A stretch of DNA of 64,000 nt from Mobula hypostoma (Eukaryota): NCBI RefSeq assembly GCF_963921235.1, contig NC_086125.1, forward strand, positions 28,582,001 through 28,646,000. Reading direction: 5' to 3'. The notes beneath the pieces are model-generated. The model was not told the origin of the DNA, ran no database searches, and worked only from the letters and a program-made list of their open reading frames with translations. Of the stretch, positions 49,036 through 62,689 are shown one piece after another (the first letter of the stretch is position 1; the number at the start of each line of letters is the position of its first letter). A program made the position numbers and the translations under genes.

Positions 49036-49949
49036 TATATTTCCTTTTATAATTATAGTATATTTTATGTATTGCACTAATCTGCTGCCACAAAACATCA
49101 AATTTCACGACATATGTCAGTGTAATAAACCTAATTCTGACTCTGATTCAGTACTGTGTTCTAATGGTCTATGTTCCCTCCCTGTCACCACTCTCAAAGG
49201 CCCATTTTTGGGATCACACAGCGTTGGTTAAAAGGATCAGACATAAGAGAAGGAACAGGCAATTCAACCTCTCGAGCTGGTCACAGCTCACCTTCCACCT
49301 CAGCTCCATCTTCAAGCCCGTTCCCTGTTCCCTGTTCCCTTTGATTTCTTAATGTCTGGAAGCCAATCAATCTCAGTTTTCAATGTACTCAGTGAGACTA
49401 AGTTAGCAGATGGTGAGGGCCTGGTGCTTAAGGGGATGTGTTGTCTATTGTTCGAAGGTCTCCACAATCACGAGGGGTAAAGAATCCCAAGTATTCACCA
49501 CCCTCTGAATGAAGAAGCTTCTCTTCAATAGCCAACCCCTTACTCTGAAACTACACCCCCGGTTTAAACTGAATACCTGTCAAGGTAGGTTCTTTACGTA
49601 GAGTGTGGTGGGTGTGTAGTAGAGGCAAATGCACCAGGGGCATTCAAGAGACTCTTCCATAGGCACATGGGCTATGTGGGAAGGAGGGTTAGAGTAGGTT
49701 AAAAATTTGGCACAACATTGGGGGCCAAAGGGCTTGTACTGTGCTGCAATGTTCTAGGTTCATGTTCTAACTGATTGCACAACCTGATAAACATAGGGTC
49801 TGGGTCCACATTCTCTGCTGATCTACCGCCCACAGGCCTGTGCACTTGCGAAGTCAGCCACATGTTACTGGGAGCACTGGCAAATGTTGCATGTTCCTCC
49901 AGACCTGCTCCCATTTGGCATGGGCAGACTCAGGATAGGGAAAACCAAG

Positions 49950-50392
49950 GCCATAAGACATAGGAGTAGAACTAGGCCATTCGGCCCATCCAGTCTGCTC
50001 CACCCTTTCGTCAGGACTGATTTACTTTCCCTCTCAAACCCATTCTCCTGCCTTCTCCCTGCAACCACTGATGCCCTTACTAAACAAGAACCCATCAACC
50101 TCTGCTTTAAGTATACCCAATGACTTGGCATCCACAGCCATCTTTGGCAATTAATTCCACAGATTCACCACGTACTAGCTAAGGAAATTCTTCCTCATCT
50201 CTTTTCCAAAGAGACAACAGTTTATTCTGAGGTTGATCCTTCTGGTCCCATACTCTCCCAATACCGGAAACATCCTCTCCCGTCTGCTTTATTCAAGCCT
50301 TTCAATATTTGGTAGGTTTCAATGAGAAACCCCCTCAACCTTCTAAATTCCAGCAAGCATTGGTTCAGAGCCATCAAACACTCCTCATAACA
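49950..50392 (-). mobile_element. CR1 family A 3' end
   Basis: ccataagacataggag tail; EFRRLRGFLIETYQI. Confidence 0.85.
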
Positions 50393-51021
50393 TTTTCTAA
50401 CATTTACAGTTTTCATTTCAAGTTTTTACAGCGTTCAACATTGGGCAATTTGACATTGACATCTGCAAAAATGAATCAATAGTTTTACAATTAAAACTGA
50501 TTACCAATGAGTGTTTTCTACTGTGCCACCATTAGACAATAAATCCACTGTTGTATCAGGAGACAGGCAGGATGTCTAAAGACAAAGAAGGTGGTCTATT
50601 TTTGTCCAGAACTCCCTGTGTGTTTCTACTTCACCCATGCACTAATCCCTGCCTTCTCTCAGGTGGTGAGCAATCTGCAGTGTATTTCCGGCACTCTGTT
50701 TATTCACAGGATGTAGACATTGCTGAAATGCCCGTCACTGACTGCCTCGTTTGCAACTGCCCTGCGAAGGTGGTGCTGTGGTAGATGTGTGGTCTGCTAG
50801 AACTTATTGAAGATTGTGCATGGGTGTCACTGAGAGGTCAGATCATCAAGAGCACGGCATTAGTAAACCAGCTGAAATTTCCAACAATCTGTTCATGTTG
50901 GAGTCACTGCATGTACATACGTTCAGTCTATGTACTGTATATAAGTTAATCTTAGGTATATGCTGTCACACCGACCAGTTGCTTGCACATTATGCTGTAT
51001 AGGATTGCTTTTATATTTATG

Positions 51022-53332
51022 TCAGTCCCAACAAGAGAGTGTGCGATACTTGATCTGCAATTAGCAAATAAGACAGGGCAGAAGTTTGTTTCGGAGAACA
51101 CTTTGCGTCTATGATCATAATGCCATTATTCTCAAGGCAAATCTGGAAAAAATTAGGTTTGGTCTGCAGGTTGAGATTCTATATGGGAGAAAGGCCAATT
51201 TTGATGGTATCAGCAAGGATCTGGCAAGTGTAGATTGGGACAGGTTTTTTTTCTGGCAAAGATGTACTTGGTAAGTGGGAGGCCTTCAAAAGTGAAATTT
51301 TGAGAGGACAAAGCTTGCATGCCCCTGTCAGAATAAAAAGTAAAGATAACAGGTTTAGGGAACCTAGGTTTTCAAGAGATATTGAGGCCCTGGTTAAGGA
51401 AAAAAAGGAGGTGCATTGCAGGTATAGGTAAGTAGGAACAAATGAGGTGCTTATGGAGTATAAGAAATGCAAGAGAACACTTAAGAAAGAAATCAGGAGG
51501 GCTAAAAGAAGACATGAGTTTGCCCTGCCAGACAAGGAGAAGGAAAATCCTAAGGACATGTTAAGAGCAAATGGATTGCAAGGGACAAAAAATCAGACTG
51601 GAAGATCAGAATGGTAATCAATGCATGGAGCCAAAGGAGAGGGGGGGAGATCTTAAATGAATATTTTGGATTTGGTTTACTCAGGAGATGGACAGAGTCC
51701 ATAGAAGTGAGGCAAAGCAGCATCGACTTCATGGACTCTATATAGATTATAGAGGAGAAGGTATTTGCTTCCTTGAGGCAAATTAGGGTGGATAAATCCC
51801 CATGGCCTGACAAGGTGTTCCCTTGGACCCTGTGGGAGGCAAGTGCAGAAACTGCAGGCACCCTATATTTAAACCATCTTAGTGACAGGTGTGGTACCAG
51901 AAAACTGGAAGATTGCCAATATTATTCCGCTGTTTAAGAAAGGCAGTGAAAATAAACTTGGAAATTATAGGCCAGTGAGCCTGACATCAGTAGTGGGAAA
52001 GTTATTGGAAGGTGTTCTAAGGGATAGGATATACGAGTATTTGGATAGACATGGATTGATTAGGGATAGCTAGCCTGGTTTCATGTATGGTAGGTCATGT
52101 CTAACCAATCATAGAGTTTTTCGGAAAGTTACTAGGAAAGTAGATGAAGGCAAGGCAATGAATGTTGTCTACATGGATTTTAGCAAAACATTTGACAAGA
52201 TCCCACAAGGGATGTTGATCAAGAAGATACAGTCGCTCAGCATTCAAGATGAGGTAGTAAATTAGATTAGACATTCGCTTTGTGGAAGAAGCCAGGCAGT
52301 GCTAGTAAATGGTTGCCTCTCTGACTGGAAGCTTGTGACTAGTGGTGTGCCACAAGGATCGGTCCTCGGTCCTTTGTTGTTTGTCATTAATATCAATGAT
52401 CTGAATGATAATGTGGATAACCGGATCAGCAAATTTGCAGATAACGCTAAGATTGGGGTGTACTGGACAGTGAGGAAGATTATCAGAGCTTGTAATGGAA
52501 TTCTGGACCAGCTAGAAAAATTAACTGAACGATGGAATTTAATGCAGACAAGTGCAAGGAATTGCACTTTGTTAGGACCAACCAGGGTAGTTTCAGCACA
52601 GTGAATGGAAGGGCACTGAGAACTGTGGTAGAACAAAGGGATCTGGGAATACAGGTCCATAATTCATTGAAAGTTGCATCACATGTAGATAGGATCATCA
52701 AGAAGGGTCATTGGCTTTCATAAATCAAAGTATTGAGTACAGGAGAAGGGATGCTATGTTGAAGTTGTTTAGGATGTTGGTGAGGCCTGATTTGGAGTAT
52801 TGTGTGCAGTTTTGGTCACCTAGCTACAGAAAAGATGTAATTAAGGTTGAAAGAGTACAGAAAAAATTTACAAGGATGCCATTGGTACTGGAGAACCTGA
52901 GTTATAAGGAATGATTGAATAGGTTGGAACTTTATCCTGAGGATCATAGAAGATTGAGGGGAGATTTGATCGAGGTGTACAAAATTATAGGGGGTATCGA
53001 TAGGGTAAATGCAAGTAGGCTTTTTCCACAGAGGCTGGCTGGGACTACAACTAAAGGTCATGGGTTAGAGGTGAAAGGAGAAAAATTTAAAGGGAACATG
53101 AGGGAACATTTCCTTACTCAGAGGATCATGAAAGTGTAGAATGAGCTGCTAGTGCAATTGATAGATGTGAGCTCGATTTCAACACTTAAGTGAAATTTGG
53201 ATACATACATAGATAGTAGGTTTATGGAGGGTTATGGTCCCGATGCAGGTTAATAGGAATAGGCAGGTTAAATGGTTTGGCACAGGCTAAATGGGCTGAA
53301 TGGCCTATTTCTGTGCTGTACTTTCTATGAGT
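51022..53332 (+). mobile_element. CR1 family B, 5'-truncated decayed ORF2
   Basis: GNYRPVSLTSVVGKLLE, VYMDFSKTFDK, SGVPQGSVLGPLLF, KFADN, RRLRGDLIEVYKI. Confidence 0.93.
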
Positions 53333-53909
53333 TTATTTATATTCTGTTTTTATGCATACTATGTTTTCCTTATGCTGCACCAAAGCCAGAGTAACAAACA
53401 TTTGGTTCTCTGAAGAATGAAGAATGACAAGAAACAATTTTGAATCTTGAATAGATTTTTCATTAACATAGATTAATTCAATTAACAGTACGAGATTTGA
53501 GCTCAGTGTCTAAACCTCTCACATCACTGATCTGATAATATTACCACTTTTTTGTCACAACCTTTATCAGAATTAGTTTTATTATCAGTAAGGTATATTG
53601 TGAAAATTGTTATTTTGCAGCAACAGTACAATGCAAGACCTAAAAATCACTAAGTTACAATAGATAGATAAATTATTTAGATAGATAGATAGACAGACAG
53701 ACAGACTGACAAGAGCATGGCCTGGATGATGGGGACCCATGTTCTCTTGTGCACTAGAACCACAGAGGAAATTTTAATCAAAACTAGACCATCCATTAAA
53801 TATCCTGGCCGTCACTCAACACACTGGTGGATTTATTGTCTCACGGTGGCATGACAGAAGGACCACATATGATCATGGTGGAAGGTTAGTAGCTTAGAAA
53901 GACACAGTA

Positions 53910-54305
53910 TATTGGATGGGCCAGGACTTCATTCCTTAGAATGTAGGAGACTGAGAGGAGATATCATAGAAGTGTATAACATAATGAGGGGTATAAATAG
54001 AGTGAACTCAGCCAGTCTTTTTCCAAGGGTTGGGAAGTCAAAAACTAGAGGAATGATTTACATAGAACTCGAAGGGCAATTTTTTTTTTACATAAAGAGT
54101 GATAGCTGTGTGGAATGCCAGAGGAAGTCATTGAGGCAGTTACAAGTATAGCTTTTGAAAGACAGCGGACAAGCACATAGATTGGGAAGGTTGAGAAGGT
54201 TATGGGCCAAACGCTGGCAAATGGGATTAGCGTGGATGGGGTACCTAGGTTGATATGAACCAACGAACTGAAGAGCTTGGCTGTGTGTTTTATGACTCTG
54301 TGACT
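53910..54305 (+). mobile_element. CR1 3' end
   Basis: CRRLRGDIIEVYNIMRG; ttatgactctgtgactct tail. Confidence 0.8.
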
Positions 54306-54469
54306 CTCCTTTAACAGCTGAACCTGAAGAAGGGTGAGTCTAGCGGTGAGGAATACCAAGTGTCAGGGGCATAAAATTTCAGGATGGAGGAGCAATGGAG
54401 ATAGATGAGATTCTCTGTCACACTCAGCATACAGTGAACAGGAATTTAAGTCAGAGCTCATGCCTTGAT

Positions 54470-54710
54470 TTCAAGTCCGCTAACGTCTCAGCTGCTTGCT
54501 TATTTTACAAGGAGCCCAATTAATGTCTTTGAAATATAGCTGACACACTGTGGTTACTGGTGATTGCAAGTCCCTCCATCTAATTTTATGCAGTAAATTA
54601 TACAGAATGGAGATATACTGTTGAAAGGTTACCACATTAATGTCTAATGAAATAATGAACACAATCCGGCCTTTTGATTTTCATCCTCCTCTCTCATATT
54701 ATGGCTTGTG
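54470..54710. promoter_or_regulatory. Candidate conserved non-coding element rich in homeodomain sites
   Basis: Unique sequence with multiple TAAT/ATTA cores (caattaatg, ctaatttt, attaatg, ctaatgaaataatg). Confidence 0.3.
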
Positions 54711-55149
54711 AGTTACCCCCCGCCACTACAGTATCAGACCCACAAAGCAACTGTCTCCTGTCATTCACCATACACTGGCAAACATCCCTTCTCACTCAGC
54801 AGCCAAGCTCTCTGTCTGACATGGTTTAATTTCATCAATGTGACTCTGCTTCCCCTTCACACCACCCAGCCTACCCCTGGCTCCATCCCTCACAACTCTG
54901 ACTCTGCAGCTTCAAGGCCAGTTGGAGGCTCCTGCCTTGTCTATCAGCACATCAAGATATGGAACACTGTAGAGAAGATGGTGGGGGTTTAGTCCCCCTC
55001 CCACCATTCTTCCACAATTTCCACTAAACATTCCCCTTTGTTGGATTAGGCTGTAGAATTGTTATTTTTCTTCTATTTATCCTGTAGTTTAACTTTCCTA
55101 TGCTTGCTAGTATTTTATAGTCACCTATATCTGTGTAATTGCTCAGTGA

Positions 55150-56499
55150 ACAGCTTAGGCCAGGTCATAACAGCTCAGACCAGATCACAACAGCTCACTC
55201 CAGGTCACAACAGCTCACTCCAGATCAAAACAGCTCAGTCCAGATCACAACTCAATCCAGATCACAACAGCTCAGACCAGATCACAACAGCCCAATCCAG
55301 ATCACAACAGCTCAGTCCAGATCACAACTCAATCCAGATCACAACATTTCAGTCCAGATCACAACAGCTCAAACCAGATCACAACAGCTCAGTCCAGAGC
55401 ACCACAGCTCAGTCCAGATCACAACAGCCCAGTCTAGATCACAACAGCTCAGTCCAGACCACAACAGCTCAAACCAGATCATAAAAGCTCAGTCCAGATC
55501 ACAACAGCTCAAACCAGATCATAAAAGCTCAGTCCAGATCACAACAGCTCAGTCCAGATCACAACAGCTCAATCCAGATCACAACAGCTCAGACCAAATC
55601 ACAACAGCTCAGAACAGATCACAACAGCTCAGACCAGATCACAACAGCTGAGACCAGGTCACAACAGCTCAGACCAGGTCACAACAGTTCAGACCTGATC
55701 ATAGCAGCTCACTCCAGGTCACACTAGCTCAGAACAGATCACAACAGCTCAGACCAGATCACAACAGCTGAGAACAGATCACAACAGCTCAGACCAGATC
55801 ACAACAGCTCACTCCAGGTCACAACAGCTCACTCCAGATCACAACAGCTCAGTCCAGATCACAACTCAATCCAGATCACAACAGCTCAGACCAGATCACA
55901 ACAGCTCAATCCAGATCACAACAGCTCAGTCCAGATCACAACTCAATCCAGATCACAACATTTCAGTCCAGATCACAACAGCTCAAACCAGATCACAACA
56001 GCTCAGTCCAGATCACCACAGCTCAGTCCAGACCACAACAGCTCAAACCAGATCATAAAAGCTCAGTCCAGATCACAACAGCTCAGTCCAGATCACAACA
56101 GCTCAATCCAGATCACAACAGCTCAGACCAAATCACAACAGCTCAGAACAGATCACAACAGCTCAGACCAGATCACAACAGCTGAGACCAGGTCACAACA
56201 GCTCAGGCCAGGTCACAACAGTTCAGACCTGATCATAGCAGCTCACTCCAGGTCACACCAGCTCAGAACAGATCACAACAGCTCAGACCAGATCACAACA
56301 GCTCAGAACAGATCACAACAGCTCAGACCAGATCACAACAGCTCACTCCAGGTCACAACAGCTCACTCCAGATCACAACAGCTCAGACCAGATCACAACA
56401 GTTCAGACCAGATCACAACAGCTCACTCCAGATCACAACAGCTCAGACCAGATCACAACAGCTCAGACCAGGTCACAGCAGCTCACTCCAGGTCACAAC
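55150..56499. repeat. ~1.35-kb minisatellite, 20-bp unit, with higher-order duplication
   Basis: Unit cagatcacaacagctcagac/agtc; rare variants recur at 614- and 534-bp offsets. Confidence 0.98.
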
Positions 56500-56984
56500 T
56501 GCTGCCTATACAAAGCTATCCCTTGGCTCCATTTCATGATCACCTGAAGTCTATAAGAATTGCCACTTTAGTCGAACTCCTCGAATGTGACTATATCAAT
56601 TTTCCTGCCTCCAGAAACAGGTTGTCTATCAAAATTTTCCAAAGACACAAGCAGTGGCATATGCTGGTATCTAGAACAATGTTTAAGCAACTGAGTTCTT
56701 CTAGCAGATTGTCTGCGAAACTCTTCCAGATCCTAACCGATGTTACAAAATATCCACTCATTCCTTGTCTCTCAGCCCCTGACTCTCCAATCCCTCTGGT
56801 GTTTATTCACCGATCCCAGCAAAAAGCTTCTATTGTCGAGATGGAATAGAGGGAGCTCCATCCACTCCAGCTATAGTGCACTGACATCTCATGGCCCAAA
56901 TACTGAGGATTATTCAGACAGATGTTACAGTCCATGTCATTCACGTCTCTGACACTACACTCCTGAAACATGCACCAAGATAAA

Positions 56985-57272
56985 ATGGACTGCAGATAAC
57001 GGAATCTGGAGTGGCACACAAAAAGCTGGAAAATCTCAGCCAGGCAGACAAAAATGTCGAGGGAAACGGACAGTTGATGTTTCTGATTAAGAACACTTCA
57101 TCTGGAAAACTCGCTGTCACTCCCTTGAATGCAAATGAACTCAGATGAACTGAACTCACAAGAATGACAGAGAGCAGTCCAGACTTAGGGTTTTGACTTG
57201 TAATGTCTCCTGTCCACTTCCCCCCAAAGATGCTGCCTGTCCAGCAGTGTTCTTCTAGCCTGTGGTGTGTTT
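56985..57272. mobile_element. Old inverted PLE pLTR pair
   Basis: Long minus arm ending at ...cttcatctgga; short plus arm gatgctgcctg...ggtgtgtt. Confidence 0.55.
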
Positions 57273-58288
57273 CACTGTACTCCACTCTCCGTAAAGAGAA
57301 GATAACTGTTGACAGTTATTCCTAAACCACAAGTTTGAATCCCAGCAAGGAGCTACTGTAGGTGTCCATGGGTCCTGGTGGACTGTCTGGCAATGTTTTA
57401 AGGTATGTTCGTGCCTGGGTGACTGTGGACATGGAACACGTGCTGTCCATGGGTACCATGTAGATGTTCCAGGACCACTGGTCTCCGCAGGGGATTAATG
57501 CCATCCTTGACAGGAATGAAACATTTAAAATGAGTTCATATTAGTGATTTTGTTAGTTGCTGTCATTGTCTCTGTGTTTGTTGTAGATTGTAGAATGTAA
57601 TTTGCAGTAAATGTAGCTTAAAAAACAACCCACGGAGATGTGATATAATTCCAGGAAGGAACTAAATAACTTAGAACAAACAGAAGACAGCCATTCAGCC
57701 CAGCTGGTCTGTGCTGGCTCAATGTCCCACACAAGCTTTCTCACATTCTCTGATTCCCAAACTATCAAAAAATCTTTCTATTCCTTTCCCTTTATGAGAG
57801 TGTCCAATTTGCTCCGAACTCCATCATTCATGGTTACCGAGCAATGAAGCCTGAACTCTGGATAAAGAAGACACTTCTGCATTGGGTTTATCAGTGATGT
57901 CATCTGAACTGTCTATCAACATATACCACCTCTCCCCACAGATTATAATAGGGACAAAGTCTGGGAAAATGAAACCCACTTGAAACCCTTACATTTAGTA
58001 TTGTCCAGACAGTGAGTATTGCTGAAAATATTGTCCCAATCAAGAAATTCTACCAAAAAGGGAATTGCAGACAGTCCTCTGCCTTCCAGTTCCTATTTAG
58101 AAGGAATTCCACATCGGCATACACCAAATATTTCCCTTTGTCTGCATCTTCCACATTCTGTTCCAGTACAGACTGCATACTTCACCTGGGATTCCTCTAA
58201 CACGGACACAGTAGATTAACTCTTCAGCTGATCTAAGCTTCCCTTGTCTTCTGTCTCGGGAGAAAGGAGCGGATATAGAAAGTGTGTA

Positions 58289-58905
58289 TGGGTGGCACTG
58301 TGGCAAAGTGGTTAGTGGAACGCTTTACAGCACCATCGATCCAGTTTTAATTCCACAGCTGTCTGTAAGGAGTTTGTATGTTCTTTCTGCGACTGCATAG
58401 GTTGCTTCCAGGTGCTCTAATTTCCTCCCATATTCCAGAGATGTACAGATTAGGATTAATAAATTCTGGGCATGCTACATAGGCGTCGGAAACATGGGAA
58501 CGCTTACAAGACGCCCCCAGAACATCTTTGGACTCTGTTGGTCGTTGATGCAAATGATGTACATGTGACAGATAAAGCTAATCTAATCTATGGTTAGGAG
58601 CATCCTGGTTCTGCACTCTGCATCCTATCAACTTCCTAACACATCACATCTTCTTGGGGAACCCTGGAGAATAGGAGCCGCAAGGTAGTGTAGTGGTTAG
58701 CGGAACAGTACTACAGCGTCAACAACGTGGGTTCAGTTCCTGCTACTGTCTATGTTCTCCCTGTGATGGTGTGGGTTTCCCCATGGTACTCCTGTTTCCT
58801 CTCACCTTCCAAAGACATACGGATAAATAGGCTAATTGGTTATATGGGTGGAATTGAACAACATGCACTCATGGGCAAGAGGGCCTTTTACTGTGCTGTA
58901 TCTCT
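58289..58905 (+). mobile_element. Two tRNA-derived SINEs (~58289-58590 and ~58673-58905)
   Basis: A-box-like gtagtgtagtggttag and B-box-like ggttcagttcc. Confidence 0.75.
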
Positions 58906-59769
58906 AAAACAAATGAGCCACAACCCAGGCAAGCAACCAAATGAAGGTATTGGAATGCTGGGACGACTGCAGTCAGAGATTGTAAGGATGGCAGATAATT
59001 CCTGAAGACGTGAAGTTCTCAAGCTAAATGGGGAAAGCAAGAATGCACAGAAGAAACAGTTCAGACAGATCCTTAGCTGTGTTGGCTATTGCCACAAGCA
59101 ATGCATTTCACTGTATGCTTCGATGTACATCCGAATCTGAATGCAGTTCGAGGGTAGCCTTTGTGGGTGGGTGTGAGGGGGGAATGGGGCTTGTTTTGCC
59201 GTTGTTGTTTCGTTGCTTGTAGTGCACGGTTTTGTTCTGTTCTGCCAAGATGCAACGCAATATGTGGCGACACTTGCAGGCTGCCTCCAGCACACCCTTA
59301 CGTTGTATTGGCTGCTAGCACAACTACACGTGGTACATAAATCTGAATCTGAGAATCTGAAAAAGCCAAAAAAACCTGCAGATTTAACATCCCAGGCATT
59401 ATCTATGGAAATAATTTTAGAGTTTAACATTGCATTTCTGATAATCTTTCATTTGATTATATTAACTTTAATTCCCTTCTCACAGATGTTGCCTGGAATG
59501 TTACGTATTTCCAGTATTTTCTGAATTAAAAACAGAAACTTCTGAAAATTGGCAAGCAAAACATTAACTCTGTTTCTCTCTCACACAGATGCTGCCTGTC
59601 CTGCTAAGTGTTTTAAAATTATGAGGTGGCATATAAGGGGAATGCCAGTGAACCTGTTCTGAACTGTGTCATGGTTCATATGCCTCCAGGCAACTTGCAA
59701 ATTGGATCCACTAAATCTGGAGGCAAAGTAAATGATCTGATAGATCTTAAATTTAACCAGCCTCCTCTC

Positions 59770-60560
59770 CATGGATTCTTTCTACATTTCCCTCTGCCTC
59801 AGTAAGGCAGCCAACATACTCAAAGACCCCACCCACCCTGCACATTCTTCTACCCCGTCCCATCAAAAGATACAAATGCCTGAAAGCATGTACCAGCTTC
59901 TACCTCACCATTATAGACAATTGAACAATAGCTTGTACTATAAGATGGAATCCTGACCTCATAATCTACCTCGTCGTGGTGCTTACACCTTATTGCCTGC
60001 CTGCACTGCACCTTCTCTGTAAAAGTAACAATCTATTCTGCATTCTGTTAATGCTTTTTCCTTGTACTACCTCACTGTGGTGAAACGATCACTAATAAAC
60101 CAAATGACCAGTTACTTCTCACCACCAGTGGAAGGATTCATTATTGGTAGGTGGACAGTTGACTCAGCCAGCTCCATCATGGATATGAGCCAACCCAGCA
60201 CTGATGACACCTTCAAAAGACAATGCCTCAAAACGGCGGCATCCATCATGACGGGCCCCCATCACCCAGGACATCCTTTCTTCTTATTACTACCATCAAA
60301 AAGGAAGTACAGCAGCCTTACAACACACACCTACTGTTTTAGAAACAGCTTCTTCCCCCTGCCATCAGATTTCTAAGTAGACAATGAACCGACCCATGAA
60401 CTCTACAATACCTCCCTATTGTTGCCCGACTTAATTAACTTAATTTTTTGATATATTTCCTATTGTAATTTATAGCTTTTTGTGCATTACTACTGCCACA
60501 AAACAACAAACTTCATGACATACAGTATGCCAGTGACGTTAAGCCTAATTCCGATTCTGG
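59770..60560 (+). mobile_element. Rex1-like LINE 3' fragments
   Basis: CLSKAANILKDPTHP; CLKTAASIMTGPHHPGHPFFLLLPS. Confidence 0.75.
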
Positions 60561-61318
60561 AATGCAGAAAGTCAGACGTGAAAAGGAAACCATCTAAAAC
60601 TAGATGAAGGAAAGGTACCATACTGCCCCGGTTCCCTGCTGAGGGAAGCTCTGTTTCAGCCCCTTCTATCAAACATGGGATGGAGGTAAGGATGGTGGTA
60701 GGAAGTATTGGAGTCACTGAGAACAGGTAATTCTAGCCCTGAGAAAGGCAAGTTGTCTCATCCAACTTCTCCAGTGAAGTTCAGCTGGGCAGTGGTAGAG
60801 ATTTGTTACACAATTGGCAGGAGAATGTTCCCAATGACGCACCATATAGGACTAAACCATAAACACATTCTTTATAAACAAGCTGCTTGTTTTATTGCTA
60901 ATGGCACACACCCACTTCTGAGAAGCAAAAAATGAGTACAGAAAATAAAATTTAAAAACATATTTCAATGAAGTGCTCTGCGCCTGTGTGACATTTTGAG
61001 GAATGTGTATTGGAAACAGAAGGGAGTCCGCACTAGGAACGATTTGCAGATAATTACTCAGAGCAGTTTGCAGCCCTGACATAAGGACAGACCAGTCCAA
61101 GAACAGTAACTCTTTCAATACATCTTTCAGTATTACAGTTACAAGAAGGGATTGGATAAAGTGGGCTTGTTGTCTTGGGGACAGAGGAGGCTGAGGGGTA
61201 AGCTGATGGAGGTATATAGTTACTAAGGGGATAAGCAGGGTAGATTGTACAAATATTTTCCCCATCGTGGGGATGCCTAAGACAAGAGGTCATGGGTTTG
61301 AGGTGACAGGCAGGGAGA

Positions 61319-62560
61319 ATCATTGTCTGGGATATCAACCAGCTTTATTTGAAGAAATCTCTGCCCAATTATCATCAGCATTTCACCTGCAGCACCAGGG
61401 GTCCCAACACAATCAACCACTGCTATACTAAGATTAGGAATGGCTGCTACTTTGTGCCTAGATCATATTTCGGGAAATCTGATCACTTGGCTGTCCTACC
61501 TGCATGCAGGCAAAGGCTAAAGAGCAAGGCTCCAGAGATAGGGACAACAAAGTCGTGGTTGTGGGAGGCAGAGGAGTGGCTATGGGATTGCTTTGAGTGG
61601 TGGACTGAGCTGCGTTTATGCACTCATCAGAGGATCTGAATTAATACATAATGGTTGTCATGTACTTTATAAAAACAGCGGTAGACAAGAGCATCCCCAC
61701 AAAATCATTCACCGTTTTCCCAAACCACAAGCCCTAGATGAACCTTGAGATCTGCAGTCTGCTGAGGGCCAGATCAATGGTATTTAAGTCTGACAACAAA
61801 GTAAAATACGTGGGGTCTGAGTACAATATCACGAGCGAAGCGCCAATTCCAGACAAAACATGAATCACTGAAAGATGTTTGACAGCTGTGGTAGGGCTTG
61901 AATGCTATCATTCCTACAAAGTGAAACCCCAGCAACACAGGTAACAATAGGGCTTTGCTCCCAGATGGGTTCAATGCCCTTTATGCACGCTTTGACCTTC
62001 ATAACGTGGAGGAACCATCATGAACTCCCACAGCCCCTGATGATCATGTGATTTCAATCTCTGAGGCCAGTGTAAAGAGCTTTCTTCATGAGGGTGAACC
62101 CACAGAAAGCACCCAGCCTAGACGGGGTACCTGGCCGAGTACTAAAGACCTTTGCTGATCAGCTGCTAGAGCGTTCACCAATATTTTTAACATCTCACTT
62201 TGGCAGTCTGTTTTACCCAGCTGGTTTCAATAACTAGTGCCTAAGAAGAACATGGTGACCTGCTTCAATAACTATCATTCAGTAACATTTACTTCCACTC
62301 TGATGAAGTGCTTTGAGAGGCTGGTGATGAAACATACTAACTCCTGCCTGAGGAGAGACTTGGATCCACTCCAATTTGCCTACCATCACAACAGGTCAAC
62401 AATAGACGCCATTTCATTGGCTCTTCGCTCAGCCTTGGAACATCTAGATAGTGAAGATGCATACATGAAGATGCTCTTCATTGACAACATTTCAGCATTC
62501 ATTACTATCATTGTCTCAAAACTGATCAATAAGCTTCAATACCTAAGCCTCAATACCTCC
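61319..62560 (+). mobile_element. Rex1/Babar-clade LINE internal fragment (APE end to RT start) embedded in a CR1 3' fragment
   Basis: TRGPNTINHCY...GKSDH; TSTLMKCFERLV...LDPLQFAYHHNRSTIDAI...MLFID. Confidence 0.85.
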
Positions 62561-62689
62561 TTAAGAGTTCTGGAGTCTGGAATGTGTTGCCCGAGGATGC
62601 GGAAGAGGTAGGAACCCATACAATATTTAAGAAGCATCTTGACAAGTACTTAACTAATATTTAAGATTATAGATTAGCTTTGGTGCACA

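Noticed and set aside
55059-55651. Mucin-like S/T/Q-rich ORFs
   Set aside because: They are translations of a 20-bp (non-triplet) minisatellite with no splice or start context.
58673-58745. tRNA gene
   Set aside because: A- and B-box-like motifs are present but there is no cloverleaf, and it continues into a SINE body.
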